In this document: positions 40,539 through 50,589 of the stretch, piece after piece
How the letters are laid out: each line of letters starts with the position of its first letter
How positions within the stretch are numbered: the first letter of the stretch is position 1
DNA from: an uncultured Parachlamydiaceae bacterium
GTDB lineage: Bacteria; Chlamydiota; Chlamydiia; Chlamydiales; Parachlamydiaceae
Direction: 5' to 3'
Assembly: GCA_963752155.1 (NCBI GenBank)
Contig: CAVVXH010000011.1
Span: 264,651 to 328,650, forward strand
DNA: 64,000 nt
The notes under the pieces: generated by a model
Database searches by the model: none
Told to the model about the DNA's origin: nothing
What the model saw: only the letters and a program-made list of their open reading frames with translations
Position numbers and translations under genes: made by a program

Positions 40539-40602
40539 GTCACCAAATCGTATTTTCTTGATTTGGTGACGTAAAAATGTTATGATAAATTCATCACCAA
40601 AT
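40539..40602. promoter_or_regulatory. Inverted/direct TCACCAAAT motifs upstream of ATPase gene
   Basis: GTCACCAAATC...GATTTGGTGAC plus a third TCACCAAAT. Confidence 0.5.
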
Positions 40603-40613
40603 AAGGATTCAAA

Positions 40614-42038
40614 ATGCAGCATTCATTTGTAGGTCGAAAAAGAGAGCTTCAGATGCTCGGAGAACTTTTTAAAAAGAAGTCGGCTAGTCTTGTGGTCATT
40701 CGAGGAAGACGCCGCATTGGAAAAAGCCGTCTTAGCACAAGAATTCGCTCAGAAAACCCCTCATTATGTTTTTTCCGGGCATTCCGCCAACCAAAGGCAT
40801 TTCAGCTGCTGACCAAAAGGAAGAATTTGCTCGTCAACTTCAACGCGAAATGAAAATCCCTCTTCCGAGAGCGGACGACTGGGGTGATCTATTTTGGCAC
40901 TTAGCACAGCAGACTCAAAAAGGAAAAATCGTTCTTGTTTTAGATGAAATTAGCTGGATGGGTTCAAAAGACCCTACGTTTCTTGGAAAACTCAAAACTG
41001 CTTGGGATCTCTATTTCAAAAATAATCCTCAGCTAGTTCTAATTCTATGCGGATCGATTTCAAGCTGGATTGAAGAAAATATTCTTAGCAGTACAGGATT
41101 TATGGGAAGAATCTCTCTAGACATCGTTTTGGAAGAGCTTCCTTTATATGAATGTAATGAGTTTTGGAATGCTGAGCAAGATAGAGTATCTGCTTTTGAT
41201 AAGCTTAAAGTGCTTTCTGTAATGGGAGGTGTTCCGCGTTATCTTGAAGAAATTTTACCAAATCAAAGCGCTGAAACAAATATTCAAAGATTATGCTTTC
41301 GAAAAGAAGGTTTTCTTTTTAGTGAATTTGAACGAATCTTTTCAGATTTATTCTCCTCAAGAAGCGCTACTTACAAAACTATCGTTGAAAGGCTTGCCGA
41401 AGGGCCTTGCGAACTTAAAGATATTTATACCGCATTGAATGTTGAAAAAAATAGTCTAGTTTCCGAATACATGGAAGATCTTGGTTACAGCTGGATTTGT
41501 TTCTCGCGATTTTACCTGGCATCTTAAAACGGGTTTAGATTCAAAATTGAGTCATTATCGACTCAAGGATAATTATTTAAGATTCTATCTCAAATATATC
41601 GAACCAAATAAAAAGAAAATTGAAAAACAAGGGTTGAAGCTATTACCTCAATGGCAATCTGCTATGGGATTACAGTTTGAAAACCTTGTTCTCGGCAATC
41701 GAAAAACGGTACAAAAAATCCTTGGTATCGATCCTTCTGAAATCGTAAATGACAATCCATTTTTCCAGCGTAAAGCAAATGATCGCCAGGGATGTCAAAT
41801 TGATTACATGATCCAAACGAAATTTGGAACGTGCTATTTATGCGAAATCAAATTTAACGCTCAGGAAATTACAAAAAGCATCATCGATGAAGTAAAGCAG
41901 AAAATTAAAAGCTTAGCCCTTCCTAAAAATATATCCATAAGACCTGTTTTGATTCACGTAAATGGAGTTGATGAATCTGTATTGGAAAGTGATTTCTTCT
42001 CCTCTATTATCGACTTTAATGATCTTCTACACATATAA
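40614..42038 (+). CDS. AAA ATPase-PD-(D/E)XK paralog of 26214-27647, with two apparent +1 frameshifts (~40732, ~41481)
   Basis: Three ORF pieces join into a full-length paralog after removing a doubled T at each site. Confidence 0.85.
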
Positions 42039-42123
42039 AGGTTATTATTTCATAAATTATCTTGTTTACGTTTTTTCTGAATAAATAGCAGAAAGTGTGT
42101 TTTATTTGATCAATGGATTTTTC

Positions 42124-42265
42124 AGTCTTGTTCACTTCGCTCAATTATTCCTCCTCTGTGTTCTCTGTGATCTCTGTGGTAGATTTTTTTTTACCACAGA
42201 GATCACAGAGAACACAGAGGAGGAATAATTGAGCGAAGGTTTCTCGTGTACAGGTGAACATAGCC
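42124..42265. mobile_element. Family B MITE, opposite orientation, perfect 8-bp TSD GATTTTTC
   Basis: TSD at 42116-42123 and 42266-42273; long internal palindrome. Confidence 0.85.
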
Positions 42266-42348
42266 GATTTTTCATTAGCCGCTTTTTTTTCTTTCAAAAA
42301 ATTTTTTAATAGTCAAACATGCAGAATAGAGAGTTATAACCGCTGTCC

Positions 42349-44421
42349 ATGAGGTTTGCTATGAAAAAATTGTATAATTATATTTTGTGTGTATTGCTAC
42401 TTACGCAGGGACCTTGTACTGCTTATGAACTTTTAAATTTGAATGACATTCACAGCACAATGCAACAAATTTTATCCCAACATGTTGACCAAAAAGAGAT
42501 CGACGGCAAAATCATTCGTCACGCTCTAAAGATATATATTGATAAGTTTGACCCTGAGCGCATCTACTTACTCGAAGCAGAAATCGACCCCTACTTAAAT
42601 TTATCAGAAACACAAAGCCAAACTGCTGTTGAAGCCTACAAGCATAATCAATTTCCCAATTTCGAACGTCTTAATTTTACCATCCAAACAGCTATCTTGC
42701 GATCTCGTATGATACGCAAGGAATTGGAAAAAAATCCGGATGTATTATTTAAGAAGAGATTGGCTACCAATGAACAGAATTCAAAGTTTGACGACCCAGA
42801 TCTTAAGCTGAAATTCCCCAAAAATAAAGACGAACTGCGACAAAACATCGAAAATAACTTAATCCAATTTATCGATGCAGAAAAACAACGTTTTAGTAAA
42901 TCAACGGTGATGAATAATGAGCTCCAAACCCTTGAAATTTATGAGAAGAACCTCCAAGACAAAGAAGAAACTTATCTTTATCGAAATCATAAAGGAGCTC
43001 CGTTCACTAAAGCTGAGCAAGAAAACGCCTTTACGATGCATATTTTAAAAGCTCTTGCCTCAAGCCTCGACGCCCACACCGCTTTTTATAGCGAATCCGA
43101 GGCTACAGATCTTAAAACTCTACTAGAAAAGGAATTTCAAGGAATTGGAATCGTTTTCAAACAAATCCCTAGCGGGGATATCGCTATTAGTGATTTGACT
43201 GCAGGTGGTCCTGCAGCTAAAAGCGGAGTGGTTAAAATCAATGATCTCTTAGTAGAAATTAATGGAGCAAAAGTCGGAAAGAGTTCTTTAGAAAAGGTTG
43301 TAGAGACTATTCGGAACAATAAAAACCCGACTATTTCACTCACTCTAAAGCACAAAGGACAGGAAGAAACCTTTAAAGTCTCATTACAGAAGGAAGAATT
43401 GACTATTCAAGCGAATCGAGTAGATTCCTCTTATAGGAAAGTTGATGATGGTATTATAGGGATTATGAACCTACATTCATTTTATCAAGGTTCCAACGAT
43501 GTGACAAGTGAAAATGATATTCGCAAAGCGCTTACAGGATTCAAGCAAAAGGGCAATTTGAAAGGCCTGATCCTCGATTTACGCGAAAATAGCGGAGGTT
43601 TTTTGGGTCAAGCTGTGAAAGTCGCCGGGCTCTTTATTACAAGCGGTGTGATTGTTATCTCAAAGTACTTTAATGGAGAAGAACATTACTACAGAGATAT
43701 TGACGGCAAATCCTATTACGAAGGCCCCTTAGTCATCCTCACCTCACGCTTGACAGCATCTGCAGCTGAGATTGTTGCCCAAGCACTTCAAGATTATGGT
43801 GTGGCTTTAATTGTTGGAGATGAGACGACTTATGGTAAGGGAACTATCCAGAATCAAAACGTTACAGGTAACAGCGCAAAAGGTTCTATGCTTTTTAAGG
43901 TAACCGTTGGCAAATACTATACGGTTTCTGGGAAAACTCCACAGATAGAAGGTGTTAAAGCTGACATCGTAGTCCCTGGACTTTATAACTTCGAACATTT
44001 GGGAGAACAGTACTTAGAATATACCGTACCGAATGACAAGATCAAGAACGAGTATGTGGATGACCTCGAGGATGTAGCACCGAATTTGCGTTCATGGTAC
44101 CAACTGCATTACTTATCTACGATACAACAAAAGAATTCTCTCTGGCAAAGTATGCTTCCTGCTTTAAGAGCCAACAGTGCGAAAAGGCTAGCAGAAAGTA
44201 AGCAATATCAAAAGTTTTTAGGATTATTGCGTGAAGGGCATCCTACAGTATTTTATGCGAGGGATCCAGCCGGAAATCCTAAAGCGATTGATTTCCAACT
44301 CAATGAGGCCCTGAATATAGTGAAAGACATGATTCAGCTTCAACAACAAGAACGCAGCAAAAAAATCGTCAATGATGCAAAAAAAGGCGTTGCAGAAAAA
44401 GCGGCTTTTTCATACGATTAG
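42349..44421 (+). CDS. tsp: Tail-specific (S41) carboxy-terminal protease with PDZ domain
   Basis: LDAHT, GIGI, LDLRENSGG, ASAAE, YGKG. Confidence 0.92.
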   Translation: MRFAMKKLYNYILCVLLLTQGPCTAYELLNLNDIHSTMQQILSQHVDQKEIDGKIIRHALKIYIDKFDPERIYLLEAEIDPYLNLSETQSQTAVEAYKHNQFPNFERLNFTIQTAILRSRMIRKELEKNPDVLFKKRLATNEQNSKFDDPDLKLKFPKNKDELRQNIENNLIQFIDAEKQRFSKSTVMNNELQTLEIYEKNLQDKEETYLYRNHKGAPFTKAEQENAFTMHILKALASSLDAHTAFYSESEATDLKTLLEKEFQGIGIVFKQIPSGDIAISDLTAGGPAAKSGVVKINDLLVEINGAKVGKSSLEKVVETIRNNKNPTISLTLKHKGQEETFKVSLQKEELTIQANRVDSSYRKVDDGIIGIMNLHSFYQGSNDVTSENDIRKALTGFKQKGNLKGLILDLRENSGGFLGQAVKVAGLFITSGVIVISKYFNGEEHYYRDIDGKSYYEGPLVILTSRLTASAAEIVAQALQDYGVALIVGDETTYGKGTIQNQNVTGNSAKGSMLFKVTVGKYYTVSGKTPQIEGVKADIVVPGLYNFEHLGEQYLEYTVPNDKIKNEYVDDLEDVAPNLRSWYQLHYLSTIQQKNSLWQSMLPALRANSAKRLAESKQYQKFLGLLREGHPTVFYARDPAGNPKAIDFQLNEALNIVKDMIQLQQQERSKKIVNDAKKGVAEKAAFSYD

Positions 44422-44436
44422 GTTTCCAATTTATGT

Positions 44437-44509
44437 GGCCAGATAGCTCAGTCGGTAGAGCGGAGGACTGAAAATCCTTGTGTCGCTGGTTCGATTCCAG
44501 TTCTGGCCA
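44437..44509 (+). tRNA. tRNA-Phe (GAA)
   Basis: GGCCAGA/TCTGGCC acceptor stem, D-loop AGCTCAGTCGGTAGAGC, anticodon loop CTGAAAA, GGTTCGATTCC; CCA not encoded. Confidence 0.97.
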
Positions 44510-44547
44510 CTTTCTTTAAAGCTTAAAGGTGAGAGCCTTAAGGTTAC

Positions 44548-44838
44548 ATGGTTCGCTACGATGAACGTATGCCCCAAATTCTTAAGGATAAGCTAAGGGA
44601 ATGGGCGATTTTATTTAATTTGGTTGCTCAATTTTTTGAAGGAGATCCAATAAAAACAGCTCTCTGGTTTAAGACAGTAAATCCAATGTTAGGTGGTATT
44701 TCACCTCGTGATATGATCCGATTTGGACGATATCAAAAATTACTTAAATTCATTCTTGACGCTCTCTCCGAAAACCAACATCCGTTACTTGAAGTGGATC
44801 GACATTGGATGTACAGAGTATCCTTTACACAGATTTAG
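44548..44838 (+). pseudogene. Xre/MbcA/ParS-type antitoxin C-terminal domain, likely partial
   Basis: 'TALWFKTVNPMLGGISPRDMIRFG' motif. Confidence 0.6.
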
Positions 44839-45136
44839 CTATTCTTGGGCGATAGAATCCTTTATCCACAACTTCTAATAACCGTAGAGCTACATGACTC
44901 GGAACGCGAGCTCCTGATTCCCAAGATTGGACGGTTTTAATACTGACATTCAAAACTTTTGCAAAGATTCCCTGCGAATAGTGATTCTGCTCTCTAATTC
45001 TTTTAATATCTTCAGCCCTGTATTCAGCAGGAGGTTCAGGAATTTCAATGACTTCCGATTTAAGAGTAATCTTTCCTTCTACATGCGCTAAAGCTTCTTC
45101 TAGACCTTTTTTAAGACCTTTAAATAACTTACTCAT
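44825..45136 (-). CDS. XRE-family HTH antitoxin (HigA-like)
   Basis: Own RBS AAGGAG plus ATG 45136; 'SQGIFAKVLNVSIKTVQSWESG'. Confidence 0.8.
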   Translation of the reverse strand: MSKLFKGLKKGLEEALAHVEGKITLKSEVIEIPEPPAEYRAEDIKRIREQNHYSQGIFAKVLNVSIKTVQSWESGARVPSHVALRLLEVVDKGFYRPRIAKSV

Positions 45137-45394
45137 TTCTAATTCTCCTTTCAATAGAATCTGCCAACTGTTATATAAATAGCAAACTCGAAAACCGCCG
45201 CTTTTGCCTTTAGTAGCAGATTTCAAGCGAACCTTTCGTATCCCTCCAGTGCCAGGGATCATATCTCCTTGTTCTGGATTTTCTATCAAGCTTTTCTTGA
45301 AATCCTCAAAATCTTCTTTTTTGAGCTTTCTTCTTGTTATAAGCTTTTCAATCGAATCTTCAAAATCTTGTGTCTGTATTAGTTGGCATTTCAT
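45137..45394 (-). pseudogene. RelE/HigB-family toxin truncated at the C-terminus and reading in-frame into the antitoxin
   Basis: 'NPEQGDMIPGTGGIRKVR...GKSGGFRVCY' then no stop before the antitoxin. Confidence 0.7.
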
Positions 45395-45702
45395 ATTCTC
45401 ATATATACCACACAGTGGGATAGTTTGTCAAGTTATTGCAATCAATCGGGTGTGATTTTTTCTCGTACATAGCTAAGCCACCAATTTTGAGGCTACGTAG
45501 CTACACTCAACATCGGATGAGCTACAATTTTCGATGTGATCAGAATGATGAGATATTAATCCACCAATGCTCTAACCCGTCCAACATGAATGAATTATGC
45601 TAATCCTTTATACCAAATTTTAATTTTCCTATGTACAACTTTTAATCCCCGCATCTGTATAAACCTTGACAAATTTTGACAAAATGTTTAGATTCTAAAA
45701 GT

Positions 45703-45998
45703 ATGAAAGTAAACATTGGAACAGCAGCTAAAGAATTAGGCATTGCCAGAGAGACCTTAAGGCGATGGGAACGTGATGGAATAATCTCAGTTGAACGTAC
45801 CCCTCAGTTATCATTAATGCAAGTGAAGAGTCTGACTTTGAAGATGACTTGGTGCAAGATCTCCTTGAAATTATTACAGTTTTTTCAGCTAGACTTTATG
45901 ATTCACGAAGCGGTAAAAATAAAAAACTATTAGAAGCTTTGAAAGATGCTGCTGCTGAGCTAAGTGAAAATCCGAAAGCAAAGAGACTAAAAAAATAA
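45703..45998 (+). pseudogene. Internally deleted IS607-family TnpA (serine recombinase)
   Basis: MerR-like HTH 'AAKELGIARETLRRWE' joined out of frame to 'DLVQDLLEIITVFSARLYDSRS'; homologous to 61788-62402. Confidence 0.85.
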
Positions 45999-46053
45999 TG
46001 GTTGATATCGCAGTTGATCTGAATGAGATCGTTTAAAAGAAAGTGATGGTTCA

Positions 46054-46866
46054 ATGATGAGATATCGTAGTTTTTTACTTATCTCCTTACTACTTGCAAT
46101 ATGTCTTTATCCTAACACATCTAGAGCCATCACTATTGCAAATATTTCATATGCCCCCTCAGGAGATACTATGAATGTTCCAATGAAAACAATCGGCTTG
46201 TTAGGTGGAACTGGTTGGTCATCAACCATTGGGTACTACACACTGTTGAATGAGTTAATGCACGCACGGCTTGGCGGACATCATAGTGCCAAGATTTTAC
46301 TAAAAAGTATCGATTATCAAGATCTTTGGAGTAGTTACGGTAATGATCAAAAAGCCTCTCAGCTTTTGCAAGAAGAGCTTGAAGGTTTAATAGCATTGCG
46401 GCCTGACTGTATCATCATTTGCTGCAATACTTTACATAAATATTATGACATGATTAAAGATAAGCTCCATTCTTCTATTCCAGTGATGCATGCTGTTGAT
46501 TTGGTCGTGCAACATGCTCAAAATCGTAGCTATAAAAAAGTGCTCTTCTTAGCCACCAAATTCACCATGGAAGATGGCTTCTTTGCTAAGAAGCTTGAAA
46601 ATGCTGACATTGATGTGATGATTCCTACCCAAGAAGAGCGTAATGTCATGAAAGATATTCACGGTCAATTAATGATAAATAATATCACTGCTGAAGCTAG
46701 AGAATATTTTCGAATGTTGATTCTTAAACATGCTGATCTAGACGCTGTTATACTTGGATGTACAGAGTATCCTCTAGTTATAGATGAAACCAATTCTGTC
46801 TTGCCGATCATCGATCCTGTCAATCTTCAAGCATCTAAAGCAGTTGACTATGCATTATCAAAATAA
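46054..46866 (+). CDS. Aspartate/glutamate racemase family protein, with possible signal peptide
   Basis: KTIGLLGG.GW.ST, catalytic CNT.H and GCTE motifs; alternative start at 46171. Confidence 0.9.
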   Translation: MMRYRSFLLISLLLAICLYPNTSRAITIANISYAPSGDTMNVPMKTIGLLGGTGWSSTIGYYTLLNELMHARLGGHHSAKILLKSIDYQDLWSSYGNDQKASQLLQEELEGLIALRPDCIIICCNTLHKYYDMIKDKLHSSIPVMHAVDLVVQHAQNRSYKKVLFLATKFTMEDGFFAKKLENADIDVMIPTQEERNVMKDIHGQLMINNITAEAREYFRMLILKHADLDAVILGCTEYPLVIDETNSVLPIIDPVNLQASKAVDYALSK

Positions 46867-46878
46867 ATCGTTTCAACC

Positions 46879-46959
46879 CTACCAAAAAAGCTAGAAGGGC
46901 AGCTTCCAACAATTCATGAGATCGAAGCTGAGCTAAGTGCGGACTTCAAAATACTCTAA
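46879..46959 (+). pseudogene. C-terminal remnant of a YhcG/DUF1016-type nuclease gene
   Basis: Translates LPKKLEGQLPTIHEIEAELS, the typical YhcG C-terminus. Confidence 0.55.
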
Positions 46960-47160
46960 ACGGCCTGGAAAAATTTTTCCGTGGCGAATGCGATACTACC
47001 TATTGGATTGCTTATGATAAATATTGCAAGCTGGCATCCAGTCCCTCACTACCAAATGGAGTTATTTATGAAAGATCTTTTACATGCTATTCAGGGAAAG
47101 AAAGCATTTGGCATACTGGCTAGCCCTAAGTTAAAGAATTGCAAGTGTAAATTTAATCAT

Positions 47161-47593
47161 TGTTAGCGCAAAGTTAAAAACCGGAAATTTCAACTTTGCA
47201 GAAACCGGAAATTTTAACTCCTAAATAACAAGTTCGCGCCTTGCCATTGGTGCCTGACCTGATATTCTGACATTTGCCGATGCGATAACATTGCTTCCTA
47301 AAGGGCAAATGTCAGAATGTCAGGTCTGGAACCAAGGCTGGAACGTTACCCCCAAGATTTACGCAACTTAAAAAAGCGTCGTTTTCAATTAATAACAAGA
47401 TACTTAATTCTGAGAGGTAACGTTTTGGCCTTGGTTCCAGACCTGACATTCTGACATTTGCCCTTTAGGAAGCAATGTTATCGCATCGGCAAATGTCAGA
47501 ATATCAGGTCAGGCACCAATGGCAAGGCGCTTTAAAAATTTGTTATTTCCCAATAGGGGGCACCGCAGGCAACTGTCTCGCTTTGCGCTAACA
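47161..47593. mobile_element. IS21-like non-coding remnant containing a perfect 103-bp inverted repeat
   Basis: Ends TGTTAGCGCAAAG / CTTTGCGCTAACA; repeated AAACCGGAAATTT; arms 47236-47338 and 47428-47530. Confidence 0.75.
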
Positions 47594-47746
47594 GCGTAAA
47601 TTTAACCATTATATTTCATCCGAGGAATGTGTATTTTTTTTAAATTGCATGTTCTAACATTTATCGTTGCAATGATTATCATCATCTGCTAGAATATGGG
47701 GTATGGCAACTCTTATTATAATAAACAATAACTTAAGGAAAAATAA

Positions 47747-49138
47747 ATGAATATTCAAAATTTTGCTTTTAATCCATTTGCCCTATTAACAGCTCAAAAT
47801 GGTTGGCAAGCCGCAACAAATTCCCCTTTGACCAACCTCTATAACGGTGTAGTCAATACCCTATATGATTTATATGTAAAAAACCCTTCTGATATGATCG
47901 TTGGCAATGTTAAAGCTCTTACAAAGACAGCCGCTCTATGTTCAACAAAAACAAAAATTGCTGTTGCAGCAACAGCAGTCTTCAGCACTCTTTATTATTT
48001 GATGTTCTTCGGAACGACGTTTTATTTTACAGGGCAATGCCTTTTCGCCCTTGGAACTAAAACCAATTTAATCCCCCTTATAAAGATCGGAGCTATTGCC
48101 AGTAAAATTGGTAACAACTTATTTATGAGTGGAGCTGTTCCTCTTTATGCTCTTTTCTACGCTCTTCCAAAATTTCTCATTTCATCCATGCCGAAAGTGA
48201 TGAATTTTTTAAATGAACAAATTACGAAGATTGCACATGGGGTGTTTAATCATGTACTCAGGCCTATTTGGAACCACTTCATTGATCCTGCCATGAGGTT
48301 TGCTAGCGATGTCGTCAAATATTGTGCAAGCAAATTCGAAGCGGGATTGAAAGTGACTTGGGATGCGATTTGTAAGTTAACTGAAACGATTTTCAAAAAA
48401 TTGCTCATTCCTTTTTGGAATCATGTTATCTACCCAACTTTATGTGGAATAAAGGATCTTGTTCATTATACTGGTAAAATGTTTAGTGCTGCACTAGATA
48501 CTCTAAAGTCAAAAATTGCTTCCTCTTGTCAATGGATCTTTCAAAACGTTCTCAAGCCATTTTGGAATGATTTCTTTCTTCCGGCCCTTCAATTCGCCAA
48601 TAAAGGGCTAAAATTCTGCGCAAACTTGGTCAATACAGGCCTTAAAATGGCTCAGCAGGTCCTTCATCAAATAACTCACAAAGTCGCTTGCTTAGCTCAG
48701 TGGATTTTTAAACACCTTATTGTCTCTACTTGGAACAAATTTTTAAGTCCCCTACTTCATCAAGTTCGCAATTTTACTGAGACTATAGTTAAAACTTTGG
48801 TCCAATCAATTCAGGCTCTTTCAGGTATTGTAAAAGAAATCTGGTCATCAAGTTTGAAATTACTCGCTCCTGTATTTAAAAATATCTCAGGCTTATTAAA
48901 TTCTGGACGAAATCTCCTAAATAATTTCATTATACAACCGATCATTTCTATTCTTTCGAAAGCCTCTGAGAAAGTTAGCGATATTTTTAAATTACTGCTT
49001 GCGGAGCTCATTGTTCCTACAGTAAAACTCGTAACAGAAACAACCGGTAGACTTATGGCTGGAGTGAATCATTTTTCTCAAGAAACTTGGCAAATGGTGA
49101 GTACCACATTTAATCAACTAGGACAATATTTTAAGTAA
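47747..49138 (+). CDS. Membrane-associated protein with amphipathic 49-aa repeats
   Basis: Hydrophobic N-terminal region; (V/I)F..(V/L)L.P.WN..(I/L).P.L repeated 4 times. Confidence 0.75.
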   Translation: MNIQNFAFNPFALLTAQNGWQAATNSPLTNLYNGVVNTLYDLYVKNPSDMIVGNVKALTKTAALCSTKTKIAVAATAVFSTLYYLMFFGTTFYFTGQCLFALGTKTNLIPLIKIGAIASKIGNNLFMSGAVPLYALFYALPKFLISSMPKVMNFLNEQITKIAHGVFNHVLRPIWNHFIDPAMRFASDVVKYCASKFEAGLKVTWDAICKLTETIFKKLLIPFWNHVIYPTLCGIKDLVHYTGKMFSAALDTLKSKIASSCQWIFQNVLKPFWNDFFLPALQFANKGLKFCANLVNTGLKMAQQVLHQITHKVACLAQWIFKHLIVSTWNKFLSPLLHQVRNFTETIVKTLVQSIQALSGIVKEIWSSSLKLLAPVFKNISGLLNSGRNLLNNFIIQPIISILSKASEKVSDIFKLLLAELIVPTVKLVTETTGRLMAGVNHFSQETWQMVSTTFNQLGQYFK

Positions 49139-49164
49139 ATTAACTAACATCTCCACAAGCAAGG

Positions 49165-49202
49165 CTCAGCTATTTCCTTAAGCAGGGAAATGCTGAGGCT
49201 TT
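49165..49202 (+). terminator. Possible intrinsic terminator
   Basis: CTCAGC-ATTTCC...GGAAAT-GCTGAG imperfect stem followed by TTTT. Confidence 0.45.
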
Positions 49203-49280
49203 ACTTAAATTAAAAAAAATGTTATTCTAATAATATAGAGAAAAGGCCAATGAAAGGCCACTAGCATTGAGGAGGTTTGT

Positions 49281-49547
49281 ATGAATGTTAATGATGTTGA
49301 CAGTACAGTTCCCGTTGTGGACAGCATGAATCCATATGATCCTAAAAGTATTTTATATAATCCTTCACTTGTCGAAAAGTCAGGTGAAGATAAAAATATA
49401 AGTGCTTTAAACACGCAGAATGATTTAAATACCATTTCCGCAATAAACAATACTGGAAATGCATCTAGCTTAAATCTGCAAACAGATGTTAACCAGTCAG
49501 ATGTCATTAAAGAACTAAAAAAACATGGACGTAGAACAAAAGTATAA
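49281..49547 (+). CDS. Small hypothetical protein (N/S/D-rich)
   Basis: GAGGAGG RBS; 88 aa. Confidence 0.5.
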   Translation: MNVNDVDSTVPVVDSMNPYDPKSILYNPSLVEKSGEDKNISALNTQNDLNTISAINNTGNASSLNLQTDVNQSDVIKELKKHGRRTKV

Positions 49548-49548
49548 A

Positions 49549-50364
49549 TTAAACAGTAAAGCTTTCTATTGAGGGCTCAACTATTATGTAGGGTTCTTTT
49601 ATTTTACTAAAATGATTCTGAACGATTGGAATGAATTTAGCATCTTTTGGGTTTCCATGACTTTTACCGCAAAGGATAATTACTTTTCTTCCTTCGTTCA
49701 TTTTTTTTTCTATTTGAGTGTTTAAGAAATTTTGTCTATTTTCAAAAGTCGAGTACATTAAATCGATTTCCAATTGTTGGAAGGCTATTTTAAATCTTAA
49801 ATTATATTCTTTAAATCTTTCTTCAAATATTTTTTGTTTTACATTTTGCATTTTTTTATTTATATAAGAATCGATCTCCGAATCAGAATAAAAAGAAATT
49901 GACTGAGTAGCTGCAAAATTTTTGAGTGTATTCCAATGATCTATCTGAGATTTTTCTGATTGGTTCGATCCGATCACATTTTTGGTGGCAGAAGTCACCT
50001 TATCAATTAAAGCGAAAAGAGCAAAAGTTTTTTGATACACCTCAGGATCATCCCAGCCTTCAATTTGATATTTCGAACGGTTTAAACGTACAAACCAATT
50101 AAGGTGCAATTCGAATTTCTTGGATGCTGCACTTTCTTCGACCAGAATAACCGTATTAGAATCATAAATTTGCTCAATAATTTTCTGAAAAAATATACAC
50201 TGAGTTTTAAAATGTGTTGATTTTGGATCATGATTATAGAGAAAGTATATGATTTTAGCTTGCTCGATTGCTTTTAATTTGTTTTGATATTCATCTGAGG
50301 AAGAAATTGATGTATCAACATTCAGTTGATATTTTACGACATGGTCGGGATTGATTGAATTCAT
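49549..50364 (-). CDS. Hypothetical protein
   Basis: Likely start MNSINPD after AAAGGAG; '..GWD..' and 'ILCGKSH' hint at a TraB/Tiki-like fold (weak). Confidence 0.6.
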   Translation of the reverse strand: MNSINPDHVVKYQLNVDTSISSSDEYQNKLKAIEQAKIIYFLYNHDPKSTHFKTQCIFFQKIIEQIYDSNTVILVEESAASKKFELHLNWFVRLNRSKYQIEGWDDPEVYQKTFALFALIDKVTSATKNVIGSNQSEKSQIDHWNTLKNFAATQSISFYSDSEIDSYINKKMQNVKQKIFEERFKEYNLRFKIAFQQLEIDLMYSTFENRQNFLNTQIEKKMNEGRKVIILCGKSHGNPKDAKFIPIVQNHFSKIKEPYIIVEPSIESFTV

Positions 50365-50589
50365 TTTAACTCCTTTAAATGAAAAGACTGAATAGGCCTG
50401 TTTCTGGGGAGACACTTCTCCTAGCTTCCTTGCCGTCCTTTAATTTTAGCAGAATTTAAAAATAAAATCAACTGTTTTGGCAAAAAAAAATTCAAATTTT
50501 AATTTACCAATTAAATAATTAATTTCTTAATAAAAAACTTTTTATTATATAATACAAGTAAAGGAAGGCCAATAAAAGGAGAATTTAGT

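Noticed and set aside
40614..42038. Programmed frameshifting or true pseudogene
   Set aside because: No slippery heptamers; same single-base doubling pattern as in ileS, so likely sequencing error
44437..44509. tRNA-Phe as attL with a matching attR in the window
   Set aside because: No second copy of the tRNA 3' end found by eye
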